Source: Conidiobolus incongruus B7586 (lineage: Eukaryota). Taken from it: 34,179 bases of DNA. This document shows, in pieces, positions 22,170 through 34,179 of this stretch. Below the pieces are notes generated by a model that was not told the origin of the DNA, ran no database searches, and worked only from the letters and a program-made list of their open reading frames with translations. Made by a program: the position numbers and the translations under genes. The stretch is taken from NCBI GenBank assembly GCA_000697335.1, contig JNEM01006301.1, positions 1 through 34,179 on the forward strand, written 5' to 3'. Position 1 is the stretch's first letter. Each line of letters opens with the position of its first letter.

Positions 22170-23875
22170 CCCAGTGCAACAAATTTTAACTGAAATGAAA
22201 TTTTGATAACCTTATTGATTTTTTCTGATAATATTAAATATGGTCAGTTTAAAAAACATACTGATAAAGATATCCAGGTCAATATTAATATAAAAATTAA
22301 ATAATGGCAAAATTTCAAAATTTAAGTTAAATAAAATACTAATATATGAAATATAAAAATTAGTACTTTCTTTTATAATTAATAATAATTTGCTATATTT
22401 TTAACTAGCTTCTAATATTTAAAAAATAATTTTTTTATTAAAAACTAAAATTAAATTTTTATAGACTAATTTGATTTATTTATATGAATTTTTTTTCTAA
22501 ATTTATATTTTTTATTACGTCAAACAGTTATAATTGCATCTTTATATTTTAGTGTATATATTAAATATGGTAATTTTGTAATTTTTTATATATAAAAATT
22601 TATATAATTTTATATAATTTATAATTCTTATATTATATAATAATCATTTTTAATTTATAATAAAAATAATAATCAAAAACAATTCTATTTAAAATCTAAT
22701 ATAAGCTTTTTATTAATTAATTTATCTTTAAAAATTGAATAAAAGAATTTTATACTATTATAATATATTATAACAATTAACACTTATTTATAAATAAGAT
22801 ATTTGGTTATTAAAAATTATAAAAAGGATTTTTTTAACATTTTGTTTTTTGATTAAAAGTTTAGAATATATTAATTATAATAATTTAATATAAAAACCTT
22901 TGTTTTTAGTTATATCTTAATAAGTTTTAACCAACTATAGTTACCCTAGTATTCTTGTTAGTGTTTATTAAAATATAATATATTTATTATATTTTTTTAA
23001 TAATTTAAGTTCAAACTTTAATATATATAAAAAATTGAAATAATTTTTAAATTAAAATTTCAAGTTATCTTTTAATATATTTTTTATTATGTTAATGAAT
23101 AAAATAATGATAATAGAAATTAATGTTTTAACTTTAAATAAATTTTAAATAGTGTTTATTATAAATTTCTATTGTTTATAATTCTATAAGTTTCAAAATA
23201 GCTTAAAATAAAATTAGGATTAGGATTATTAGAAGTTATTTTTTTAGATTTAAGTTATCAAAATTTAATTGAAATAAGTCTATAATTATATATAAAACTT
23301 GAAGATATTTATTACCCTAAAAAATTTACATATATATATAATATAGAAAATATAATTAAAAATATTAATTATAGTTATCAAAACATCATCTATTAAAATA
23401 AATATATTGTATATTATGATTGATATATACAATATTCATTTTGACTTTAAAGTAACAGATTTAATATTAAATGGCAGTTTTGAATAAGTTATTATTTTTA
23501 TAAGCTATTTATAAATCTTAAATTATTTTAGATTTATAATTGAGTTTTAATAATACAAAAATAATAAGCTATTGATGATTATTATTAAATTTAAGAATAT
23601 TTTGATTAAAAAAAATTTAAATGAATATTTATAGTTTACTAATATTAATTGCCTTATATTTTTTTATATATAATTAATTTTTATACTAATCATTTGTTTG
23701 AAAAATCAGAAATTAAAAAATTTACCTTTTTTTCATACTAATAATCAAAGCAAATAAATTTCAAAAAAAAATCACTGATATAGTTTTGAATTAATTTAAA
23801 TGAACTAAAATATTAATAATTTGTCATAACTGTACAAAATTAACCATAATCAGTATATAATATATAATATTTTTT
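22170..23875. repeat. Degenerate dispersed repeat (copy B), possibly with long decayed terminal inverted repeats
   Basis: Three colinear homology blocks with 1-1700. The left end (~22189-22220) loosely resembles the reverse complement of ~23824-23854, and AATGGCAAAATTT (~22303-22315) resembles the reverse complement of 1564-1576. Boundaries approximate. Confidence 0.5.
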
Positions 23876-25717
23876 AGAATATTTTTAAAGCTTAAGCTAA
23901 CAAAAATTTTAATATCAGTATCATAATTTCAGATCTGGAATAGTTTAAAAAACAAGATTTGGATTCGGATACTTTTTTGCTGTTCTAAGAATATCAAAAT
24001 GAAACAGGAATATAGTATTTAAAAGATTTTAATATCTGTAAACATTTTATAGAAAATAACAAAATTATAATCTCATTGATATTAATTGTTAATATTTTAT
24101 CGATAATGAAATTGTAATATATTTTGGTTAAGATGATTTCAGAATGAAATGTTGATAGTCGATACAATATTATGTATATATTTATATGTTTAAATGGATA
24201 TGGATCAACGAATAATCAGGTAGTAAAAAATTATATCAATAAAGTTACAAACAATCCAACGGCATACTCGGATATCCGATATAATTATATTTTATTCAAA
24301 CTAATAATTTGGGAACTAGTTATAATGATATAAAAAAATATAAATTCTACTATCCAAAAAATTACCACTTATTTAATAAGGTTAAATTATAATAAAATTA
24401 AGGCTATACTTTATTGTGATAACACAGTTGGAACCAATTTTTTAATCACATTATAAATTAATTCACTTTCTCCATATTAATCAATATCATCAAGATATTT
24501 TAGATAACTTTATATAAAAACTACTATTTCAAAGAGTACGATTCATATAAAGGTCAAACAACAGCTACCTCTGTTTCAGCATGATTCTACAATTAAATAA
24601 TTTTCGAAATATAGGATTACTGAATATATAGCACTAAAATTGAAATAAATATTTTTATATTTAGTTTATCAAATTTTATATATATTCAAAGATATTAAAT
24701 TATAAAATCCTTTATATCTTGCAAATCATATAAGAATGAAATATAACTTTAAAAACCCAAATTACAATAATTCGGGCTTGATTTGTACAATCTTGCTGAA
24801 ATAAAGAGAGTATAAAGTATACAATTAAGGCTTAATCTTTCTTTTTGACGGTATCAAAATATATCATTAATAAATTTAAACCCTATACCTTTATACAAAT
24901 TAAATTTAGTAATTTTCAAATGAGTCTTCGATATTTAAAGCAATCTGCTGGAATTTATTTCTATTCAAATCATTGCAAATATATTAAATATATGTTGTTA
25001 TTTAAGTCTTCTAAACTCAAATTTTTTATTATAAGAATCAATTATTGTACTTTTAATATATCACGATTAAAATTAGTTAATCCAAATAACTCTATCTTCA
25101 TATCCAAACCTCATTAAATATACTTTTTCATCTTCAATAACTAAATCTGGATATATACTGAATTCGTCTTAATGTTTTAAATATTATCAATAGTAATATA
25201 TTTAAATTACAAAATATGTAAGATTATATCAATCAAAAGTAAATTTTTTACCAAATCAAATTGTGAATTTTAGTGGAATTAAATATAAATTTATGAATTT
25301 ACTTGAAAATAAAACTACAAGGTGTTGTTTTGAAGAATATTTGGACTTAAAACTTGCTTAACAAATTTATAATTTTATTGTGTATAACTTCATTGAAGTA
25401 AAATTCCTGTAAAATAAAGTGGAAAATTTCATCAAAAAATATTTTAATTAATCTGAATTTTAAAAATAATTATTTTGCTTATTAAACCGTAAAAATTTAT
25501 TTCTATTATGGAATATCTAACTGATCTATTTTTTTTAGCAAGTGTGGGAATTTTTAAATTTTGTAGTTTGTTGAATTATATAGTTATTATATCAATTGAT
25601 TCATTGTTGTACAAAATTATTAAAAAATGATAAATTTTTTCTATATTTGATAAAAAATATTCAATTAATTATTATAACTATTTCAAATGAAAATAAGATG
25701 ATATTCTATAGATTAGA

Positions 25718-25863
25718 CAGGTGATAAGCAGCTAAATTAATTCGATAGACAAAGATGACCTGATTCACTTATAAAATCAACTTGTAACTAGATTCAGAGT
25801 TATTATAAGCATATAAATATGGTGAATTATCATCCCACTCTTACAATATCAATAAATCACCTG
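25718..25863. mobile_element. Candidate Tc1/mariner-type MITE
   Basis: CAGGTGAT...ATCACCTG inverted termini, 146 bp in total, with TA on the right flank and GA on the left. TIR similarity is only 8-9 bp. Confidence 0.25.
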
Positions 25864-26844
25864 TATCCCCCTATTTCCTCAATTGTTTGTTTACAGTTTT
25901 ACTCAAGCTTACAATTTTATTGGTTCAATTTTCCAGAATGTAAACAAACAATTTTAAGGTGATTTTGTATTTTTGATAGTTGGATTTATCAGATTAAATA
26001 GGATGATCATATTTTTTTAACAGATTGAAATTATATTACTTGATATCATACAATGAATTTGTCCTTGCAGTTCTATTTGGAAGCTCAATCAAATAATATT
26101 AATTAATATTTTCAAGTACATTTTGTTAAATTACATATATTGTGTAATACAAAATTAACTTCCTAACTCTACGGTACATCTCTTATTAAAATGAATTATT
26201 TTTCATTAAAAAACCGAATGAATAATTGATAATATAGCAGAAGCTGTATTTAGTGTTTGTATTTCGATTTTGAAAAATATCGATAGTATTTATTTTTTTC
26301 AACTTAACTTCCGTTTTAATGAAAATAAATCAACTGATACTTTTTAATTTTAGACCAAAAATGAATTCAAAATGTCCTTATTATGATAAGTAAACAGTAT
26401 TTTTCAAATTCAAAAAGTATTAGTACACTCGCCCCTCAGACCCCCATTATCCAAATAATCTTTGCAAGAACATTAATCCAGAATTTATAGCTAAATAATT
26501 AAATTTATATTTATCTTTAGATCATTATAAAACAATAAAAATGATAAAATAATTCGAGTTAATAACTTAACAGAACACAAATGATTTGGTTATAATACTA
26601 ATAAAATTAATTGGCATTCGCCAAGCAATCGAAGAATTTAATCTCTTCAGTACTTATTAACTTGATTTTAATATAAAATTGGCGATCATTTAGATTCAAG
26701 ATCAATTTATTATATCCAACTGAACCTCAATCAATTTATAACTAGATTTTATAATAAATTCGACATCGTAAACTAATAATATAACAAATATGGCGTATTG
26801 CCCATGTTATCCCATAATCTGGGTGTATCTATTCTTTGATTCTG

Positions 26845-27205
26845 ATTGGATACTCTTTGTTTCGGAATCAGGTGACTTCTTTAGGGTGGATAATTTCAAA
26901 TATTGCATTTATTTGGAAACCCTGAATATGCGAAATCTGAATCTTCCAATCACCAATAGTAATTTTGATTTCCATATTTATTTATTTTGAATTGAAGAAA
27001 TTGTTGGTGAATCATTAACCTAATATTACCATTATTAATCAATTATTTCATTAATTCAGTTCATAATTCAAATTGTCTTAATTACTAGAAAATCATTGAT
27101 AAGCAATCAAATTAGAAATCTTACCTGATTGGTTGATTCTCAAAATTATTAGAATTTGGGCAAATATGATTGGATGAAAGTTGGGATTGGGGGTTTAGTA
27201 TAAAA
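26845..27205 (+). promoter_or_regulatory. CCAAT-box cluster plus TATA box upstream of the CCCH gene
   Basis: ATTGG/CCAAT at 26845, 26946, 26953, 27128, 27169, 27186 and TATAAAA at 27199-27205. Confidence 0.45.
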
Positions 27206-27876
27206 TGCAATAGGAGACCCATCAAAAGGTCACTTTTGTTTACATTTTCTTATATTCACAGTGAATAAGTGTTTCTTTAATTAGAACTACATTCAGACTT
27301 GGGCATTTTATTCCCCCACATCTTGAATTTCCCTCCACATCCTGTCATATTCTTCAGGCCTCTTTTATCTCGCTAACAGCCAATCTCAACCCTATTAGAG
27401 TTCTCAATTCATTCCCAACTAAGGATATACCTTTTATATTTCTTTGTTGTGGTATTGTTGTTATTTAATATCGTTTAGTTTTATTAGACCAACCGAATTC
27501 TGTGGGGAAAGTTATCGTACTTTTTCTCACTTGTATAACTTAGCATACTATTCATTCATCCTAAGAACATCAATTTAAGTTTTCATTATATTGTTTTAAT
27601 TTCCGATCCTTGTTTTGGTTGATTACTCGAGTTAATTGCTCTAATTCCTAACCAAAACTACTTCCTTCACTTGTTAAATTATTGTTTACCTTTTTCTAGT
27701 TTATTTTATTAACCTTCTATTTGAGTGATTTTATTCTCCACACTCTACTCTATTCTTTCCTAATTGGATCATCGCTTCCTTGTATTCATATTTAAACAGG
27801 GATCATCCTTTCTTTTATCTTTGTTCTTTGCATTTTCAAATAACCACCACCACCTTTAATTCTCCCTAATTGTAAA

Positions 27877-29515
27877 ATGGAGTTTTCTACGGTTGGTCGA
27901 AGTCCCGGTGACTCGACCTCCCCCTTTTCTAACGTGTCGCTCTCCAATAGCTTGACTCACTCTCTCCACTCTAATTCAGCTCCTTTCGTTCAATTACAAT
28001 CTAAACAACTTGGCAATGAACCTTTGACTAAAAGACTACCTCCTACTGGTCAATTAGCCAAAAAGTCTACTAAATCTAATAACGAATTATCAAAATCCCC
28101 TAGCTCAAAAGGTAAATAATACTTTTAATGTTGGTCTTCATTAGAATAATGCAAGGATATACGAATATCACTCCACCTTGCATATCTAAACAAAATCATA
28201 TCATATAATCTGGGCTTTCATACTAATCTTTCTTATCATTTTAGTTCAACATGTACCCTGTAAATTTTTTAAAAATGGCGCTTGTACAGCAGGAAAAAAC
28301 TGTGTTTTCTCTCATTCAAAAGATGTTGAACCAGAAAATTTGATTTGTAAATACTATACAAAAGGAAATTGTAAATTTGGTAATAAATGCGCTTTATCAC
28401 ATGGACTTGCAGATAAAAACAAACAGAATAATAACTCTAATCGAAAGCAGTCAACACGAAACACTTCTTCAGGCCAAAGTATTCCACGACCGCCTATGTC
28501 TGATCCCAGTTCTCAGTTTCTCAAAGATCAATCTGCTCTGGAAGCTGAGATCGAGAGTAAACTGAGTATGTTTAAATTGGACGATAATAGTGTTCTCATG
28601 CCCCAGACCACTTTTAGTGGCTACCCTTCTTTTACTACTTCGAGCTTTTCTAATAATATTCCAGCACGACCCTCTTTGTATCCTAGTTTGGCTCCACTTA
28701 AGAAAAGTCCTTTCTCTGAAGCTCCTCACATGACGAGTCAACCTTCCTTTTCGATGTTTGCAAACTCGTTAAGCGGGCCTAACTTTGGATTATCCAACCT
28801 TGAGCGCAGCAACTTCATATCCAGACCTTTGGCCCCTCTTCATACTGGAAATAGAACGCGATCCTCTAATCAGTATGTTAATTTTCTCTCTGACGATGAA
28901 GATTCCCAGCTATCTTATCTCCAGCCTAATCCTTCTCATTTCCGCATGAATCCTCATAATAACTTCAATATGCACTCTCATCAACCACTTGGACCGAACC
29001 TCTCTTCTGGAAATTTTAGTTCATTTTCACAGTCTGCGGAAACTAGTGGCATCTTGCCCTCTTCTCTAGATGAATTACTCACTCCCAGAGAATTATCATT
29101 GAGAAATCCCTCCAATAATACTTCATCTTCTCCCCAACCTTTTCCCAATGCCCGTCTTCCTAGTCACTTTACTTGGAACCAGCAAGGATTCGCAGAATCA
29201 AACGGCCCTGTTCCCATCTCATTGAGGAGCAATCAATATCCAATGGATAACTCTGGTGTATTAGGTAGTTCTCTTCCTGCTGGCACATCTCTCGGTATTT
29301 CGAATCATCCTCGGGATGACTCTACACTTCCCAATGGATTGCAAATCTCTAACCGACAAACCCATGAACTGGACGCTGACCACGATAACCTTCACACTAC
29401 GAGTAGTACAACCGATGACGAAGATGAGGTTAATACCTTTCAAATGGAAGGAGAGGAAAATTACTGGTCAATAATGTCTCCGTCACAAAGCGGAATACCA
29501 CATACGGCTATCTAA
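27877..29515 (+). CDS. Tandem CCCH zinc-finger protein of the Lee1/Cps3 type, ~501 aa; exons 27877-28111 and 28245-29515
   Basis: A 133-nt GT-AG intron with a TACTAAT branch site restores finger 1: HVPCKFFKNGACTAGKNCVFSH, followed by ICKYYTKGNCKFGNKCALSH. Family-type motif LPSSLDELLTPRE and an acidic C-terminal DDEDE..FQME segment. Confidence 0.88.
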
Positions 29516-29910
29516 TCAACCTCAACTTCAGTGTTTATTAACCTAAAATTACTCTAATTCGATTCTTTCCTCCTCTCTAATATCCTTTCATTACACCTCA
29601 TTCGTTAATTAGACTGCACCTCCGCCTCCTTAATTCTTTCACAACTACAGCTTATTTAAAATCAGGCATCAGTGTGTATATAAGTCATCATCCTTCCAAA
29701 AATCTCGTACCTTTAATTTCTTTATAATATTTTAATCCTTTACATTTTTTTCCATCACTCTCAACCTTCTCATCACCATAAAAAATAATAGGTTATTCAT
29801 TCAAAATGCAAGTTGTAAATTTTAATAAAAAAAATATAGGTGATTTTTAATTCTTTAGTAATATGTTGATAAAACTAATAATTTCATTATGTTTAATTAA
29901 ACTTTGCAAT

Positions 29911-29934
29911 ATTATTATTATTATTATTATTATT
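29911..29934. repeat. (ATT)8 microsatellite
   Basis: Perfect run read directly. Confidence 0.9.
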
Positions 29935-30551
29935 TTATTGAAACATCAATAATTAATATTAATGTTTTTAATATAACTAAATCAAGTTATATTAATTAGA
30001 ATTGATTAATTGGGAGAAATATGAGTATTATTAATCTATATATAAATTTGATTATTGAGTTTAATTTATTCATTATTAATATTATGTTTAACTATATTAA
30101 TTGTACTATATTTTAAAATGTGAATTTTATTAGAAAATTGACACATTTTAAAAATATTATATTTGTAAGTAAATAGTATATTACTAGAAAGCCAACAATT
30201 CTGATTTAGAGGAAAACTAGATACTCAAGTATTATAACTGAATCTTTCAGATTAAATTTTCATAGGGTATAAAACTATTATTCATGCCATAGAATTTAAT
30301 ATAACTTAAATTTTTCACAAATGAGGTAATTTTTAGAAAATCCTTTAATCAAATTATATTTATTCAAAGTTGATTTATTTTTTAAGCTATGTTTTTGAGG
30401 AATATATATATATTTATATTAATTTATAACTAAAATGTTATATTTTATAAAAATATTTATATATTAAATCTATCATTTTAATTTCTTTATTATACTATAT
30501 TGATACATGATTTTTATTTACCTATTAAATCATGGGTATATATTTAATATA

Positions 30552-30800
30552 ATGTTCGTTTTGAAATAATTACCAATGATTTAATCATAAACATAACATT
30601 CTATTATCAATTCGTCCAAAAACTCCACAAATTTACACATTCACTTCATGATAAATTACCTTTAAAAGATCACTGAACAAGTGAAACTGATTAACAACTT
30701 TGCTTCAACAATTATAATCCTATTAATTTATTGTGTGGTATTAATCAGTATTTTATAAGCTTTGAGTAACATTGTGGATTCTAAATTTATTTTTATAGAT
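30552..30800 (+). pseudogene. Possible decayed F-box-like gene relic
   Basis: Allowing one frameshift and several stops, the region reads MFVLK*LP/NDLIINITFYYQFVQKLHKFTHSLHDKLPLKDH*..., resembling an N-terminal F-box LP.(E/D)LI..I pattern; locally higher GC. Weak. Confidence 0.2.
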
Positions 30801-32828
30801 ATAACCAGTATTTATATTAGATTATAACTCTTTAAAATAGATTCAATCTATGATTTGATAAATTGGATTTGGGATTTAGATTATTTATTTTACATCACTT
30901 TTATGTTTTACTCTTGTTAAAATATGATCCATAAACTTATATTTGGATTATAAAATATAAAACACTATGACTATTGTCGGCTGGTGATATACATAATTGA
31001 ATCTAACGATATTTAATTTCATTTCATTAGGGATATGATATTAGATGCATGTAGTTTTATTTTAGTTTAAAGCTATATTTACATATATTGGTTTATATAG
31101 TATAATTTAGATTTAATTACACTTTACGAAATATATGTGTAAAATTTATTCTTTATTAAATTAACAGTCACTTAATGTATTAATATCAGAATATATAGAT
31201 TTATCGATTATTAATTTGTTAAACATAAATATACTTTGGAAATTGATCATCAAAACCAATCAAATGAAATTTATTTGGATAGTATTTCATATTCTAATTT
31301 ACATATATTAAATAAAAATAATGTATCAGCGGTAACATTCAATTATAGTTTTTCTTATTTTATAACTATGTTAAAAATGGAATAAATAATGACCAATTAA
31401 TAGAAAATTAACAATAAAATAAATATTATAATAGAATGATGTTTTAAATGTATAATGGTTATTTATAGATATATATATTGAGATTAGTTCATTTTTATCT
31501 CTTCAAGTTTCAAATATGATACTTTTATATATTAAACAATTTATATACTGAAATATATTCTAAAACCCTTGTTCAAGACTTTTTGTAAGTTAGATATCTC
31601 TTTAATTAACTTTATATCAAATATATTCAATAAGTATATATTAATCGTGGTATTAAACAGTAATTGAATATAAATAAATTTTATTGAAATTATATATTTG
31701 TAAATATTTGATTTTATTACTGTTTTTTAAAATTTATTCATCTTATGTTGTTTATTTTTCATTTTCATTGTAAGTGTTAATAATTGATTTGATGATAGTG
31801 CTCTTTATAAGCTTTTTGAAATATAATTCTAAAAAGTGGCTAGTTGGCTAAAACATCTTTGCATTTATCACAGAGTTGTGAGATGTGAATTGATTATAAT
31901 GTTTTCATTTCAATTTATATATACTTGATAATATGTTTTAGAAAATTCCACTTAATATTATATTCAAAAAAATATTTTAAAAAACTTTGTAAATTTTCAT
32001 CATTATTGCTTTATTAATTTCAATATATATATATTATGGGAATTATTAAAAATAACTTATATTTGAAATATTAACCTTGGTGTCAAAATGTAAATAACTT
32101 ACATTTTTGAAGAAATTTTAATAATCAATAAACTTGATGTGTAAAAAACATTTGTAATTATAAAAAATTTATTGAAAAAAATATTAATAACAATTCATAG
32201 AAATTACCAAATTTTGCTCATATTTCGGAATTTCATCAAGTTAATTAATTATATTGAATTTTGTATAGAAATAATAGCATAAATTTAAATAACACTATGA
32301 TTAAAAAATTGCATTTGGAATAGTTTATTTAATATATAAAATGTTTCAAAATATATTTCTATAATAATTATGAAAATTAATACTATTAATATGATGCGCA
32401 ATATTTAATATTCAAAGTTTAATCCAATAAATGCAAATCCAAAGGCTACTTTTGAACCAACCTCCAAAGAATATGATACATTTTAACTAATCCATTCACT
32501 GGATTCAGAAAACCCAAAAAATTCAATCAAATACCAAAAACAAGTTTGGTTATTCAAACAATTTTAGTATTGAATAATTTGTTTTATATGTAATATTGTA
32601 TTATTGATATATTATTTTAATAATTCTAAAATTTCCTTAAGTATTTTATCCTTTAAAGATAATTTATATATATTTCAATTTGAAAATCATTTTTTGATGT
32701 AAAGTTCGAATTAATCAAAATTTATTAATCTATTCTATCTGTTTGCAGATCTACATATATACTTTTATAAAATACTTTGAGTAAATTATTGACAAATATA
32801 TTCTTTTTTTCTGTTAATATAGCTTCTT

Positions 32829-32855
32829 ATTATTATTATTATTATTATTATTATT
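32829..32855. repeat. (ATT)9 microsatellite
   Basis: Perfect run read directly. Confidence 0.9.
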
Positions 32856-34179
32856 TGGGATTGATAATATAAAAATTAACATGAACTATCAAAAATACAC
32901 TTCCTTATACTTATTATTGATAGAATTATAAAACATAATGGAACTTTTTATTTAAAACAATTTTATTATATTATCTTAAGTATTTATAAAGTTGGTAAAT
33001 ATTTAAAATAATCAGAAAATATATGAAATATCTATACTTGAAAAGAATATATTTTAATACTAACAACAAACTATATTTGTTCATTTAACTATAAAATATA
33101 CTAGAATTTATTTTCCCACCAAAATAATATTCTATCTAATGAATTATATGAAAAAATACTTGAATTATAAGTTATAATTTTTATTAGAAAATAAAATTTT
33201 TAAATATAAGCAACTTGAATCATTATTGTATTTATATTAATTTAAATTACCTATGAAAATATTTTATAATCAACATATTGAGTTATTTATTATTAAAAGA
33301 AATCTATTGCTAATTTTAAAATTAATTATTAATTATTTAATATTTAAAATAATAAAATAATTCAAATGATATTTAATATATATATTTTTGAAAAAAATTA
33401 AATTATAATATATATTCTTAATCAAAAAAATAATAAAATAAAAATTTGTAATATAAAAAATAAGCAAAGTTTAACTTCTGAGATATTATATCTATATAAT
33501 TTATTGTTGATAAAATATATACTATATCTATTGCAAAATTTTATTTATATTATTATTACAGCATTATAATCTTCTTAATATTTTATTTGAAATTAAAGTC
33601 AACTTTATTTTTTTTAATTTATTTGATTATTCCATATCACTATTTCAAAGTAAATATAAATCCCGCTGATATAATATTCAAATATATAACTAATAGTTGA
33701 AAATTTTATATTTATAATTATTAAATTTATTTTTATTGAAAAAATATTTTAATATCATTATACCAAATATAATAATTTAGAATTATAAAATATATTGAAA
33801 AATTAACTTAATAATTATTAAATAGATCAAGCATTTATAGATGAAATATATATGATAATTATGATTATTATAAATGATATAATAAACAATAATAAACGAA
33901 AATATTTAATATAAAAACTTAAAAAAATTTTTAATAATATATTAAATATTCTCAAATTATATATACTAAATTTTAAAATTATATGTCACATAAATAAAAT
34001 TTTTTTTATCTTTAATAGATATAATATAAGATAAACAATAAGAATCTCTAATATAATATTATATATGTATCATTAATATTAATTTATTTTTTTTCTATAA
34101 TTAATTTAAAGTTAAATTATTATGAAATAATTTAGTTAAATATATTATAAAATATAAATAATGTAATAATTTTCTAAAT

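Noticed and set aside
24845..25117. 90-aa + strand ORF
   Set aside because: TTG start and AT-driven composition; no motifs.
26790..26990. 66-aa + ORF and two 33-35 aa - strand ORFs
   Set aside because: No family features; the local GC rise is better explained by the CCAAT-rich promoter of the CCCH gene.
28377..29443. Small alternative ORFs inside the CCCH gene
   Set aside because: Shadows of the main reading frame.
1..34179. CRISPR arrays, rRNA, tRNA, operon-like or prokaryotic defence systems
   Set aside because: The window is spliceosomal-intron-containing eukaryotic DNA; no regularly spaced repeats, cloverleafs or rRNA motifs were seen.

Overview
Eukaryotic, very AT-rich genomic window. 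Short GT-AG introns (mostly 45-60 nt) and the gene content point to an early-diverging fungus; a Zoopagomycota/Conidiobolus-like genome is my inference, not something the sequence shows. Seven recognisable genes were reconstructed by hand: a White Collar-1-like LOV-PAS-PAS blue-light receptor with no GATA zinc finger (2401-4373 +), RNA polymerase III subunit RPC2 (6963-10560 -), a NudC-type co-chaperone (12145-12944 +), a Med19-like Mediator subunit with a long His/Ser/Arg-rich tail (13482-15158 +), a 9-exon lipoate-protein ligase (15316-16886 -), an intronless, diverged Integrator subunit 7 (INTS7)-like protein (17619-20552 -) and a Lee1/Cps3-type tandem CCCH zinc-finger protein (27877-29515 +). 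There is also an orphan 75-aa gene with its own TATA box (5837-6064 -). Non-coding points of interest: a 327-bp GC-enriched, self-complementary island with TGTC...GACA ends (solo LTR or structured RNA), a ~670-nt ATG-free leader before the CCCH gene, CCAAT clusters in several promoters, and AT-rich deserts (1-1900, 20600-26700, 29800-34179), the first two of which share decayed copies of a repeat family. All family assignments are motif comparisons from memory; no database searches were run.
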